A stretch of DNA of 64,000 bases from the NCBI GenBank assembly GCA_046484625.1, contig JAWOIO010000192.1, positions 1,979 through 65,978 on the forward strand, given 5' to 3'. Positions 56,015-64,000 of this stretch are shown piece by piece. The stretch is from Acidimicrobiia bacterium. GTDB taxonomy: Bacteria > Actinomycetota > Acidimicrobiia > IMCC26256 > PALSA-555. The notes below the pieces were generated by a model. That model was not told the DNA's origin. It saw nothing but the letters and a program-made list of their open reading frames with translations, and searched no databases. The stretch's first letter is position 1, and every line of letters begins with the position of its first letter. Made by a program: the position numbers and the translations under genes.

Positions 56015-58979
56015 GCGATGACCCCCCTCGGTCCGAGGTGAGCATGCCACCTCGCGAGGCCCCGAGGTAGGACGCGATGACCTCGGGATGCTCGAGGACC
56101 TGCCGGGGTACGCCCGTGGCGACCACTCTGCCCTGGTCCATTGCGACCAGCCGGTCGGCGATGCCCGTGACGAGGGCCATGTCGTGCTCGACGATCACCA
56201 GGCTGGCACCGAGATCGTCCCGCACCCGCCGGAGGAGCGGTGCCAGCGCCTCCGTCTCGCGCTGCGCGATGCCGGTGGAGGGCTCGTCGAGCAGCACGAC
56301 GCTCGGGCCGTGCGCACAGACGCACGCCAGGTCGACGACCCGGCGGGATCCGGTCGACAGCTCCCGGAGGAACTTGGTCCGGAAGGCGTCGAGGCCGAAC
56401 ACGTCGATGATCTCCCCGGCCCGCAGCCCGATCTGGCGCTCGGAGACGGTGACGTTCGGGAGGTGCAGCGCAGCCGCGAGGACGCTGCGCACGCGCACCG
56501 ACCGTTCGAGCGCGACCGCGACGACCTCCTCGACGGTGAGGGCCGGGAACAGGCGGGCATCCTGGAACGACCGCCCGAGCCCGCGCCGGGCCCGCTGCGG
56601 CGCCGTCAGGCGCGTCAGGTCGTCGTCGCCGAGCATCACTCGGCCACCGTCGGCCGACGTGAACCCGGAGATCAGGTCCAGGAGGGTCGTCTTGCCCGCA
56701 CCGTTCGGGCCGATGATCCCGACGATCTCGCGGGGCGCGACCTCGATCGCGACGTCGTCGACGGCGACGATTCCCCCGAACCGACGGGTGAGCCCGACCG
56801 TTCGCAGCATGGGTCCGTCTGCACTCCCGCGCGATGCGACGGCGGCCACCTCGGCGGTCGTCGACCGCTGCTGCTCGGTCGCGTCACGGTTCAGCCGGAG
56901 CTCCGCGGCGGCCGCGCCGTCGAGGAAGACCGAACGCAGGACGTCGGGACGGTCGAGGAGGTCCTCCGTGCGGCCGTGGAACCGGATCTCACCCTTCTCC
57001 ATGAAGTACGCGGTCTCGGCCACCGCCAGCGCGATGTTCACCGACTGCTCGACGAGGATGATCGTGACACCGGACGCGTTCAGCTCGCGGATCACGTCGA
57101 GCAGCTGGTCGACGATCAGCGGCGCGAGCCCGAGCGACAGCTCGTCGATGCAGAGGAGTCGGGGTCTGCTCAAGAGCGCCATCCCGAGCGCGAGCATCTG
57201 CTGCTGGCCGCCCGAGAGGTTTGCCGCCGGCTCGGACTCACGGTCGCGCAGCTGCGGGAACAGCGCGAACACGCGCTCGACCGAGGAGGCGCTCGCATCC
57301 TCGTGACGAGTCATCCAGCGGGCGACCTCGAGGTTCTCCCCGACGGTGAGCGACGGGAAGATCCCGGCCCCGCCGGGCATCATCGTGACGCCCTTCGCCG
57401 CGACCTCGTCGGCCGGCGCGTAGGTGAGGTCGCGGCCGTCGAAGATGACCGCGCCGCGGTCCGGGTCGAGGAGGCCCGAGATGGTGCGCAGCAGCGTCGA
57501 CTTCCCGGCACCGTTCGTCCCGAGCAGCGCGACGATCGCGCCCTCCTCGACCTCCAGGTCGACGTCGAACAGCACCTGCACGTCGCCGTAGCTCACCTGA
57601 AGGCCGCGCACGAGCAGGATCTTCGACCGTCCGGCCTCGCGCTCCAGGCGTTCCTCCGAGAGCGCCATGCTCGTGCGCCAGACCTGCTGGATGTCGGCGG
57701 AGATGACCCAGCCCGCGCTCGAGATGATCAGCCCGCCCACGACCATGACGGGGACCATCACGAGCATCGCCGGGCGGAGGCCCCACTCGTCGCCGACCAC
57801 ACCGATCACGGGCAGGATCACGAGCCCCGGGATCACCCAGAGCGACGCGATCGAGAACCCCATCGCGCGCGCGCGCGCCGGGATCGCCAACGACAGGACC
57901 GCGAGGATCCCCGGGAGGAGGATCGCCAGGACGGCCGAGATGAGCCCGTTCACGAGCACGGCGAGGTAGACATTCGGGGCGAGCGCGAACAGGACGACGA
58001 GCCCACCCGCCGCGAACGACACGCCTGCCTGGAACTTGAGCACGAGACCGGGATCACGCTGCAGCAGGCGCGTCGCGATGCGTGCGCCGATCACCAGCCC
58101 GACGAGCTGCATCGGCTCCACGCCCGCAGCGACGAACCCGCGTGCTCGCTCGTCGAGGTCGTACACGTCCTCGTAGAGCAGGGCCGCGAGGGAGACGAAG
58201 CCGACGAACGAGACCGCGAGGAACGGCATCGCGTACCAGATGCGTCGCAGCGACTCGATCTTCCACATCATCCGCCAAGCCTCGGCGTAGGACGCGGGCT
58301 CCTCTTCGGTCGCGATGACGGCTTCCGACGCGCCCATCGCACGACGTTCCTGGTTCCCCCGCACGGGCTCGCGCATGCGCATGCCGAGGAAGATCAGGAC
58401 GACGGTCGGGATCGCGAAGACGATGAACGGCCAACGCCACCCGAACGAGAACGCCAGCAACCCGGCGATCAACGGTCCGAGGAACTGCCCCACCGAGTTC
58501 GCGGCGCGGTGGAACGAGTAGATCCGTGGGCGAATCGCCGGCTCGTAGTAGTCGGCGAGCAGCGAGTTGTGGACCGGGTCGTTCACTGCCCGTCCCACCC
58601 CTGAGCCGATCCGGAACACCACGAGCATCCACACCGCGGTTGAGAGCCCGGTCGCGAACGAGAAGATCGCCCAGAGGGTCGCCCCCGCGAGCGCAAGGTG
58701 CACGCGGTTGAGCCGGTCCGCGTAGTGCGCGATCGGCACCTGGAGCGCGAGGGAACCCACACCGACCACCGCGATCAACGTGAGAATTCCGCGGAGGTCG
58801 AGCCCGAACGCATCTCGGATCTCCGGCAGCAGGATCCCGAACGCCGTGCGGTCGAGCTCATCGACAGCGTTCAGGCCGAAGAGGATGAGCAACGGGTACA
58901 CCGGGCCCGTTCCCGTCAGCTCGTCGAGCCAGCGGATCGGGTGCCGCAACCCGTCGAGACCGCGTCGGAAGGTGTTCAT
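56007..58979 (-). CDS. Tri-domain fusion: MFS-like 12-TM domain + LivF-like ATPase + LivG-like ATPase
   Basis: 990 aa from ATG 58979 (ATGA overlap with the permease stop). MFS motif-A-like HYADRLNRVHL. NBD1 GTNGAGKST / LSGGQQQ / LLCIDELSLGLAP. NBD2 GPNGAGKTT / LSTGSRR / VVLLDEPSTGIA. Confidence 0.85.
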   Translation of the reverse strand: MNTFRRGLDGLRHPIRWLDELTGTGPVYPLLILFGLNAVDELDRTAFGILLPEIRDAFGLDLRGILTLIAVVGVGSLALQVPIAHYADRLNRVHLALAGATLWAIFSFATGLSTAVWMLVVFRIGSGVGRAVNDPVHNSLLADYYEPAIRPRIYSFHRAANSVGQFLGPLIAGLLAFSFGWRWPFIVFAIPTVVLIFLGMRMREPVRGNQERRAMGASEAVIATEEEPASYAEAWRMMWKIESLRRIWYAMPFLAVSFVGFVSLAALLYEDVYDLDERARGFVAAGVEPMQLVGLVIGARIATRLLQRDPGLVLKFQAGVSFAAGGLVVLFALAPNVYLAVLVNGLISAVLAILLPGILAVLSLAIPARARAMGFSIASLWVIPGLVILPVIGVVGDEWGLRPAMLVMVPVMVVGGLIISSAGWVISADIQQVWRTSMALSEERLEREAGRSKILLVRGLQVSYGDVQVLFDVDLEVEEGAIVALLGTNGAGKSTLLRTISGLLDPDRGAVIFDGRDLTYAPADEVAAKGVTMMPGGAGIFPSLTVGENLEVARWMTRHEDASASSVERVFALFPQLRDRESEPAANLSGGQQQMLALGMALLSRPRLLCIDELSLGLAPLIVDQLLDVIRELNASGVTIILVEQSVNIALAVAETAYFMEKGEIRFHGRTEDLLDRPDVLRSVFLDGAAAAELRLNRDATEQQRSTTAEVAAVASRGSADGPMLRTVGLTRRFGGIVAVDDVAIEVAPREIVGIIGPNGAGKTTLLDLISGFTSADGGRVMLGDDDLTRLTAPQRARRGLGRSFQDARLFPALTVEEVVAVALERSVRVRSVLAAALHLPNVTVSERQIGLRAGEIIDVFGLDAFRTKFLRELSTGSRRVVDLACVCAHGPSVVLLDEPSTGIAQRETEALAPLLRRVRDDLGASLVIVEHDMALVTGIADRLVAMDQGRVVATGVPRQVLEHPEVIASYLGASRGGMLTSDRGGSSHE

Positions 58980-61006
58980 TCGGCACTCCCGTCCGCGAGG
59001 AGGCTCGGGGACCGGATCCCGCGGCGTTTCGCGACCGACCGCAGCCACCGGTCGCGCAACCCGAATGCCAGCCCGCCGAGGCCAGCCGGGATGATGAGCA
59101 GCACCAAGAGCACGCCGAGCCCGGTCGAGAGGATCGCCCAGTCCCCGGGGAGGAACCACCGGCCCCCGAGGAAGTAGAGCGCACCGAGGACGCCGCCGAC
59201 GAGCGTCCCGAGTCCCCCGACCACCGCCACCGTGAACACGCTGATGCTCGCCTCGGGCGAGTAGCTGATCGGGTCGAACGCCTGTTGGTGGTAGGCGAAC
59301 AGGCCGCCGGCGAACGCGGCCACCGCACCGGAGATCGCGAACGCCGTGAGCTTGGCCCGGGTGGGGCTCACGCCGAACGACTGCGCAGCCTGCTCGTTCT
59401 CCCGCAGCGCGACGAGCACCCGGCCGGTGCGACTTCGTCGGATCCCCCGCAGCGCCACGACCACCACCAGCAGGCCGGCCGCGATCACGTAATAGATGCT
59501 CGTCGGTGACGAGAGGTCGATTCGCCCCAGCAGCGGAACCCGCTCGAAGCGGCCGTCCTCGACCCAGGAGAAGAACTCGTCGTTGAGGAGGTACTCGATC
59601 GTCGCGAGCGAGAACGCGAGCGTGGTGACGGCGAGGTACAGGCCCCGCAACCGCAGCGCAGGGAGGCCGACGACCACCGCCACCAACGCGCCAACGACGG
59701 TCGAGACCAGCAGCGACAGGAGGAGATCCGCTTCCCACTGCGTCGACATCTTGGCGGTGACCGCACTACCCCAGGCGACGAAGCCCATCTGACCGAGCGA
59801 GACCTGGCCGGCCCAGCCGGTGAGCACGATGATCGAGATCCCGATGATCGCGTAGATCCCCACCGCCGAAGCCTTGAGCGAATCCTCGGTGTTCAGCAGG
59901 TGCGGGAGCACGAGGACGGCCGCCACGATCGCGGCCCCGCCGAGGATGCGGACGGCTCGGACCTCCGGGACCCGGCGCAGCTCCGGTGGAACCGGCCGAA
60001 CCTCCTCGGCCGCCTGCCAGGTCGACGACTCGTCACGGTCGGCGCGGGTCACGGTGCGGCCGCGGAGCAGCAGGGTCACGATGACCACGAGCGCGAGCAC
60101 GGCCGGGGCGGTGGCCGTCGAGTTGGCCCCGAAGCTCACCGCGCTCTCCAGCACCCCCAACGCGATCGCCGAGGTGACGATTGCCGGCAGGTTGGTCATG
60201 CGTCCGAGCATCAGGGCCGCGAGGGCGCGCACCAGGACGAGCAGGCCGAGGGACGTCCCGATCGGCAAGCCGATGATCGATGCTCGGAGCCAGAGCCCGA
60301 GGAAGGACAACATCGCGGCGACGGCCCAGACGATCGTGTGCAGCCGCCGCACCGGGACGCCGAGCAACGACGCGCGGTCCGCACTGTCGGCTGCGGCGCG
60401 CACCGCGCTTCCGACGGCCGTCCGCCGGAGGAAGAACCCCACTGCGCCGATCGCAAGCAGGCCGACGACCCATGCCACGACGTAGTCCGCCTCGAGGATG
60501 AGCGGCCAGATCTTGACGCTGAAGTGGAGTCCCGGCGTGTCGATGCGCTGCGACGCCGCAGGGGCGTCCCAGAGCCCCGCGAGCAGGAAGGCGCCCGCCG
60601 CGAGGAGCTGCGCGAGCCCGATCGTCGCCACGGTGAGGATCAGCCGTGGGGCCCGGAAGAACCGCCGGATGATCGCGAGCTCGACCACGGCACCGAGCAG
60701 GATCGACGTGATGAGCCCGATGAGGAACCCGAGGAAGTAGTTGAAGCCCGAGAAGACGACGAGCATGACACCGAGGAGCCCGGGGACGAAGCCGAGGTCG
60801 GCCTGGGCGAAGTTCAGGATCCGATTGGCCCGGTAGACGAGCGCCATCCCCACCGCGATGAGCGCGGTGAGCAAGCCGATGGTCGCGCCACTGACGAGAA
60901 TCCCGGCCGGCGCACTGAAGAAGATCTGCTGGACCACGAGGATCACGACCGCGGGCCCGAACGTGTCGACCGCGGCATGCGACGTCAGTGCGCGGAGTCG
61001 ATCCAT
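58976..61006 (-). CDS. Fused LivH-LivM branched-chain-amino-acid-type ABC permease
   Basis: 676 aa. The N-terminal half is LivH-like (ALVYRANRILNFAQ) and the C-terminal half is LivM-like (GWAGQVSLGQMGF, ALRENEQAAQSFG). Confidence 0.85.
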   Translation of the reverse strand: MDRLRALTSHAAVDTFGPAVVILVVQQIFFSAPAGILVSGATIGLLTALIAVGMALVYRANRILNFAQADLGFVPGLLGVMLVVFSGFNYFLGFLIGLITSILLGAVVELAIIRRFFRAPRLILTVATIGLAQLLAAGAFLLAGLWDAPAASQRIDTPGLHFSVKIWPLILEADYVVAWVVGLLAIGAVGFFLRRTAVGSAVRAAADSADRASLLGVPVRRLHTIVWAVAAMLSFLGLWLRASIIGLPIGTSLGLLVLVRALAALMLGRMTNLPAIVTSAIALGVLESAVSFGANSTATAPAVLALVVIVTLLLRGRTVTRADRDESSTWQAAEEVRPVPPELRRVPEVRAVRILGGAAIVAAVLVLPHLLNTEDSLKASAVGIYAIIGISIIVLTGWAGQVSLGQMGFVAWGSAVTAKMSTQWEADLLLSLLVSTVVGALVAVVVGLPALRLRGLYLAVTTLAFSLATIEYLLNDEFFSWVEDGRFERVPLLGRIDLSSPTSIYYVIAAGLLVVVVALRGIRRSRTGRVLVALRENEQAAQSFGVSPTRAKLTAFAISGAVAAFAGGLFAYHQQAFDPISYSPEASISVFTVAVVGGLGTLVGGVLGALYFLGGRWFLPGDWAILSTGLGVLLVLLIIPAGLGGLAFGLRDRWLRSVAKRRGIRSPSLLADGSAE

Positions 61007-61133
61007 CCCTCACCGTTCATCCCAGCGTCCCCCGCCACGCCGCTGAGCCGCGGCTCGGTGGCGCACCGTAACCGACCGCGGCGCTCGGCGGCGCGGCATC
61101 AACCGGCCGGATCGGCGCTGCTACCGTCCGTCG

Positions 61134-62570
61134 ATGCGATCGGGACCCCCACCTTCTCGGGCCGGACAGGGTTCCCGGGCCGGACGGGCGGCGATCGTCG
61201 TCGTCACGCTGCTCGCGATCGGGATCCCTGCTTCGGGGCTTCCCGTCGGCGCAGCCGCGAGGGACCAGCCCGACGTTCGCTTCGCGCAGTACGACGGGTA
61301 CGCATCGCCCGGCACACCGGACGAGCTCAACAAGGTGGGCACGATCGAGATAGGCCCCAAGAACGCGAAGAACGTCCTCGTGTTCGTTCCGGGCACCTCG
61401 GCGAGCGCGGCGTACTACGTCCCGATCGCCCGGGACCTGGTCGAGGAGAACCCCGGCTGGCAGGTCTGGGCAGTGGAGCGCCGCGAGAACCTGCTCGAGG
61501 ACCACTCCGTGCTCGATGAGGTGAAGGCCGGGAAGGCCACACCGGAGGAGCTGTTCGAGTATTACCTGGGGTTCGTCACCGACCCGAGCATCACTGACCA
61601 CTACGAGTTCCTCGACGACGCGGACGTCGCGTACGCCAGGGACTGGGGCATGCGGGTGGCGGTCGAGGACCTCCGCCGTGTCGTCACCGCGGCGAAGACG
61701 CGGAGCGGCAAGGTCGTGATGGGTGGCCACTCGCTGGGCGCTTCGATCCTCACCGCGTACGCCACCTGGGACTTCGACGGCCGACCGGGTGCCGACGACC
61801 TGTCCGGCCTCGTCTTCATCGACGGTGGCAGCGGGCCGACGCCGATCTCGCCCGCAGAGGCCACCGCGTCCCTCGACGACCTCGAGGCCGGCACGCCCTG
61901 GCTCACGTTCGGCGGCATCGCGGCGCCTTACGCCGGCCTGTTCAACGCCGTGGGCTCGACGACCGTGCACGCGCGCCCTGACGAGCCGTCGACGCTCCAG
62001 GACTGGGTCGCGCTCCCCGCGAACCTCAAGGCTCCGGTGGCCGCGACAAGCCTTGCCTCGTACGGGTTCGCGCTCGACGTGGCGACCTCACCGCCCGCGC
62101 TCGCCGCAGCACACGCCCACCTCGGGGAGCTCGACACCACTACCGAGCCGGCGGGATGGGATCGCGCCGGCGCGCTCACGCCGGTCCCGCGCTACGCCAA
62201 CATGTTCTCGGGAACTGGCCTCCCCGGCCACGACGGCACCGCGTGGTATCACCCGCTACGCCTGACGATCGACAGCGGCGCCGTCGCCGCCGGCAATGCA
62301 AACCCCGCGCAGCAGATCCTCGACCTCGACGCGACCCACGGCTCCGACCTGTCGAAGAAGCTCCTCGTCTACGCGTTCGGCGCGTCACTCGGAGGCCAGC
62401 GCGTGCTCGACGCCGCACAGAACCTCGCAGATCAGTCGTCCATCCCGGCGAGCCGGCTGACGCTCGTAGACCGCATCGACACGTACGCTCACAACGACTT
62501 CGCCGGAGCAAGCCCCGAGAACGACTTCGTGGCGACGTTGACGCCCTTCCTCCGCGCGATCACGAAGTAG
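61134..62570 (+). CDS. Secreted alpha/beta hydrolase (lipase/esterase-like)
   Basis: N-terminal signal/TM (AAIVVVTLLAIGIPASG), GGHSLGA nucleophile elbow. 478 aa. Confidence 0.7.
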   Translation: MRSGPPPSRAGQGSRAGRAAIVVVTLLAIGIPASGLPVGAAARDQPDVRFAQYDGYASPGTPDELNKVGTIEIGPKNAKNVLVFVPGTSASAAYYVPIARDLVEENPGWQVWAVERRENLLEDHSVLDEVKAGKATPEELFEYYLGFVTDPSITDHYEFLDDADVAYARDWGMRVAVEDLRRVVTAAKTRSGKVVMGGHSLGASILTAYATWDFDGRPGADDLSGLVFIDGGSGPTPISPAEATASLDDLEAGTPWLTFGGIAAPYAGLFNAVGSTTVHARPDEPSTLQDWVALPANLKAPVAATSLASYGFALDVATSPPALAAAHAHLGELDTTTEPAGWDRAGALTPVPRYANMFSGTGLPGHDGTAWYHPLRLTIDSGAVAAGNANPAQQILDLDATHGSDLSKKLLVYAFGASLGGQRVLDAAQNLADQSSIPASRLTLVDRIDTYAHNDFAGASPENDFVATLTPFLRAITK

Positions 62571-62761
62571 CCGCAGCGCCCGACGCCCAGCGCGTCAGGT
62601 CTCGGTGCCGCGCCGCGAGAGCACCGGCTCCTCGGTGGACGCGCTCACGTTGCGTCGTGGAGCCAGGGCGTGAGGGTGTCCCGGTGCAGCCGGCGGCCCT
62701 CCTCGGGTTCGGCGACGATCGGCGCGAAACCGGCGACGAGGAGCACGTCCATGTCGCGTGT

Positions 62762-63628
62762 CTAGCAGCGATAGAGACGCTCGGCGTTGCCGGCGAACAG
62801 CTTGTCGCGCGCCTCGCTCGTGAGATCCGCGGTCAGGCGATCGTAGGTGGAGTACAGCTCGTCGAAGGTCCCGTGCATGGCATCGACCGGGAAGTTGCTG
62901 GCGAACATGCACCGGTCGATGCCGAAGACGTCGAGGCAGTGCTCGATCCACGGACGGAACACCTCGGTGTCCATCGAGCGGAGCGGCATCGCGAGGCCGG
63001 AGAGCTTGCAATGGACGTTGTCGCCCAGCGATGCGAGCGCCGAGATCCCGGTCCTCCAGAGGTCGAGCTCGTCACGCGAGTCGCCCCTGGGCCAGCCGGC
63101 GTGCTCGACGACGACGGTGAGGTCGCCCCAGTCGGCCAGCGCGGCCGCCACGGCCTCCAGCTCGTCGGGGTGGTGCATCAGCTCGAAGATCAGCCCGCGC
63201 TCCTCGAGAGCACGCAGTACCTCGACCCTCGGCACGACGCCCGTCGCGGCACCCATCGGTCGGACGCCGCGGAAGCGGGGCGATTCCATCTGCGCATCGA
63301 GCAGGCGCACGGTGTCGGCCACCGGATCACCCGGCACGAAGCCTCCGATGATCGCATCGGGGTGCCCCGTCGCGCGCGCCAGATCGTCGAGCTCGCGGGT
63401 CTCGTCCCCCGAGTACGGTGCCGTCGCCGCGGCGACGTGGACGAACTTGACGACGTTCCAGCCCTCGGATTCCGCGAAGTAGGTGGACTGGTCGAAGCGG
63501 CGACTCATGCCCGAGATGTCGCCCATGTCGAGCTCGCGTTGGCCCGCGAGGTACGGGTACCAGTCGGCGCGGGCCGGGTCCCACAGGTGGATGTGGGCGT
63601 CGACGATGCGTTCGATCGGTGCGGACAT
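62762..63628 (-). CDS. Amidohydrolase-2 family metal-dependent hydrolase
   Basis: Internal ATG (MSAPIERIVDAHIHLWDP...). HxH metal motif, VVEHAGWP, FASNFPVD. Confidence 0.8.
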   Translation of the reverse strand: MSAPIERIVDAHIHLWDPARADWYPYLAGQRELDMGDISGMSRRFDQSTYFAESEGWNVVKFVHVAAATAPYSGDETRELDDLARATGHPDAIIGGFVPGDPVADTVRLLDAQMESPRFRGVRPMGAATGVVPRVEVLRALEERGLIFELMHHPDELEAVAAALADWGDLTVVVEHAGWPRGDSRDELDLWRTGISALASLGDNVHCKLSGLAMPLRSMDTEVFRPWIEHCLDVFGIDRCMFASNFPVDAMHGTFDELYSTYDRLTADLTSEARDKLFAGNAERLYRC

Positions 63629-63636
63629 CGCTGCTC

Positions 63637-64000
63637 CTACGGTTGCGGGCGCGGCATGCCGGTGACCATGGCGCGGAGGGCTCCATCCAGCCAGCCGGGC
63701 ACCTCCGGGCCGCCGAAGGAGATCGTCCCGCCGGGGTTCGGGTGGCTTCGCAGACCGAGCCACTCCGAGTCGACCGCGAGCTCCGCGCCCGACAGCGCGC
63801 TGGTGTCGGTGCCACGCACCAAGTAGGCGGCGAGCTCGGCAGCCGGTTGTCGCGCCGACGCGTGCGGGGCCTCGACGCTGATCGAGAACGCGTCGACCCG
63901 ATCCGCCGTCGCCGCGTGGGCGGCCCGGGCAAGCTGGCCCGTTGCCTGGGCCCGGCTCCGACCTCCCGCCGTCGTGGCATCGCCGATGGTGACGAGTCGG
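63637..64000 (-). CDS. 3' part of an unidentified CDS running off the window (possibly SDR-like C-terminus)
   Basis: The frame is open to the window edge. AELAAYLVRGTDTSALSGAELAVDSEW loosely resembles the SDR C-terminal ...S....TG..L.VDGG segment. Confidence 0.35.
   Translation of the reverse strand, partial: RLVTIGDATTAGGRSRAQATGQLARAAHAATADRVDAFSISVEAPHASARQPAAELAAYLVRGTDTSALSGAELAVDSEWLGLRSHPNPGGTISFGGPEVPGWLDGALRAMVTGMPRPQP

Noticed and set aside
62645-62752. 35-codon ORF (MDVLLVAGFAPIVAEPEEGRRLHRDTLTPW...) 10 nt downstream of the amidohydrolase gene. Its start resembles the first beta-alpha unit of glyoxalase/VOC proteins.
   Set aside because: It is too short to judge. The continuation in the other frames does not look VOC-like, so I cannot support a frameshifted-pseudogene call. 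It may be a gene stub or a chance ORF.

Overview
High-GC (about 70%) actinobacterial chromosomal core segment with about 60 protein genes and one tRNA. It is tightly packed, and many gene junctions are ATGA/GTGA/TAATG overlaps that suggest translational coupling. Most very long ORFs in the six-frame track are antisense or out-of-frame GC artefacts (Arg/Pro/Gly/Ala-rich), so several true starts were reassigned internally. Contents in order: tRNA-Leu(CAA); a type II fatty-acid synthase cluster (fabZ, fabD, a lysine-less BCCP-like ORF, fabH, fabG, acpP, fabF, accD6-like carboxyltransferase, fabI); redox and hydrolase genes; trpF-trpB-trpA, trpC, trpE and hisI interleaved with unrelated genes; oligopeptidase B; an OafA-type acyltransferase; hisD-hisC-hisB-hisA without hisH or hisF; nth, mshD, rlmN; peptidases; an acyl-CoA ligase; a YyaL-type thioredoxin-domain protein; PPK2; a P450 operon; Lhr helicase; a PhoX-like phosphatase; and a Liv-type ABC transporter operon. 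The most notable observations are: (1) a TlpA-like lipoprotein with an in-frame TGA exactly at the first Cys of its CxxC motif, followed by hairpins, which is a candidate UxxC selenoprotein or a nonsense pseudogene; (2) one 990-aa ORF fusing an MFS domain to LivF-like and LivG-like ATPase domains; (3) a PhoX-like gene whose twin-arginine signal lies upstream of any canonical start codon; (4) a BCCP-like protein lacking the biotinyl lysine inside the FAS-II operon; (5) a membrane protein with about 20 acidic DDLRx pentads; (6) remnants of a histidine kinase and a P450; (7) three copies of a 20-bp motif between the P450 and lhr genes; and (8) recurrent in-frame 15-bp tandem repeats. No mobile elements, CRISPR arrays or rRNA were seen. 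All homology calls come from reading motifs by eye, and no searches were run.
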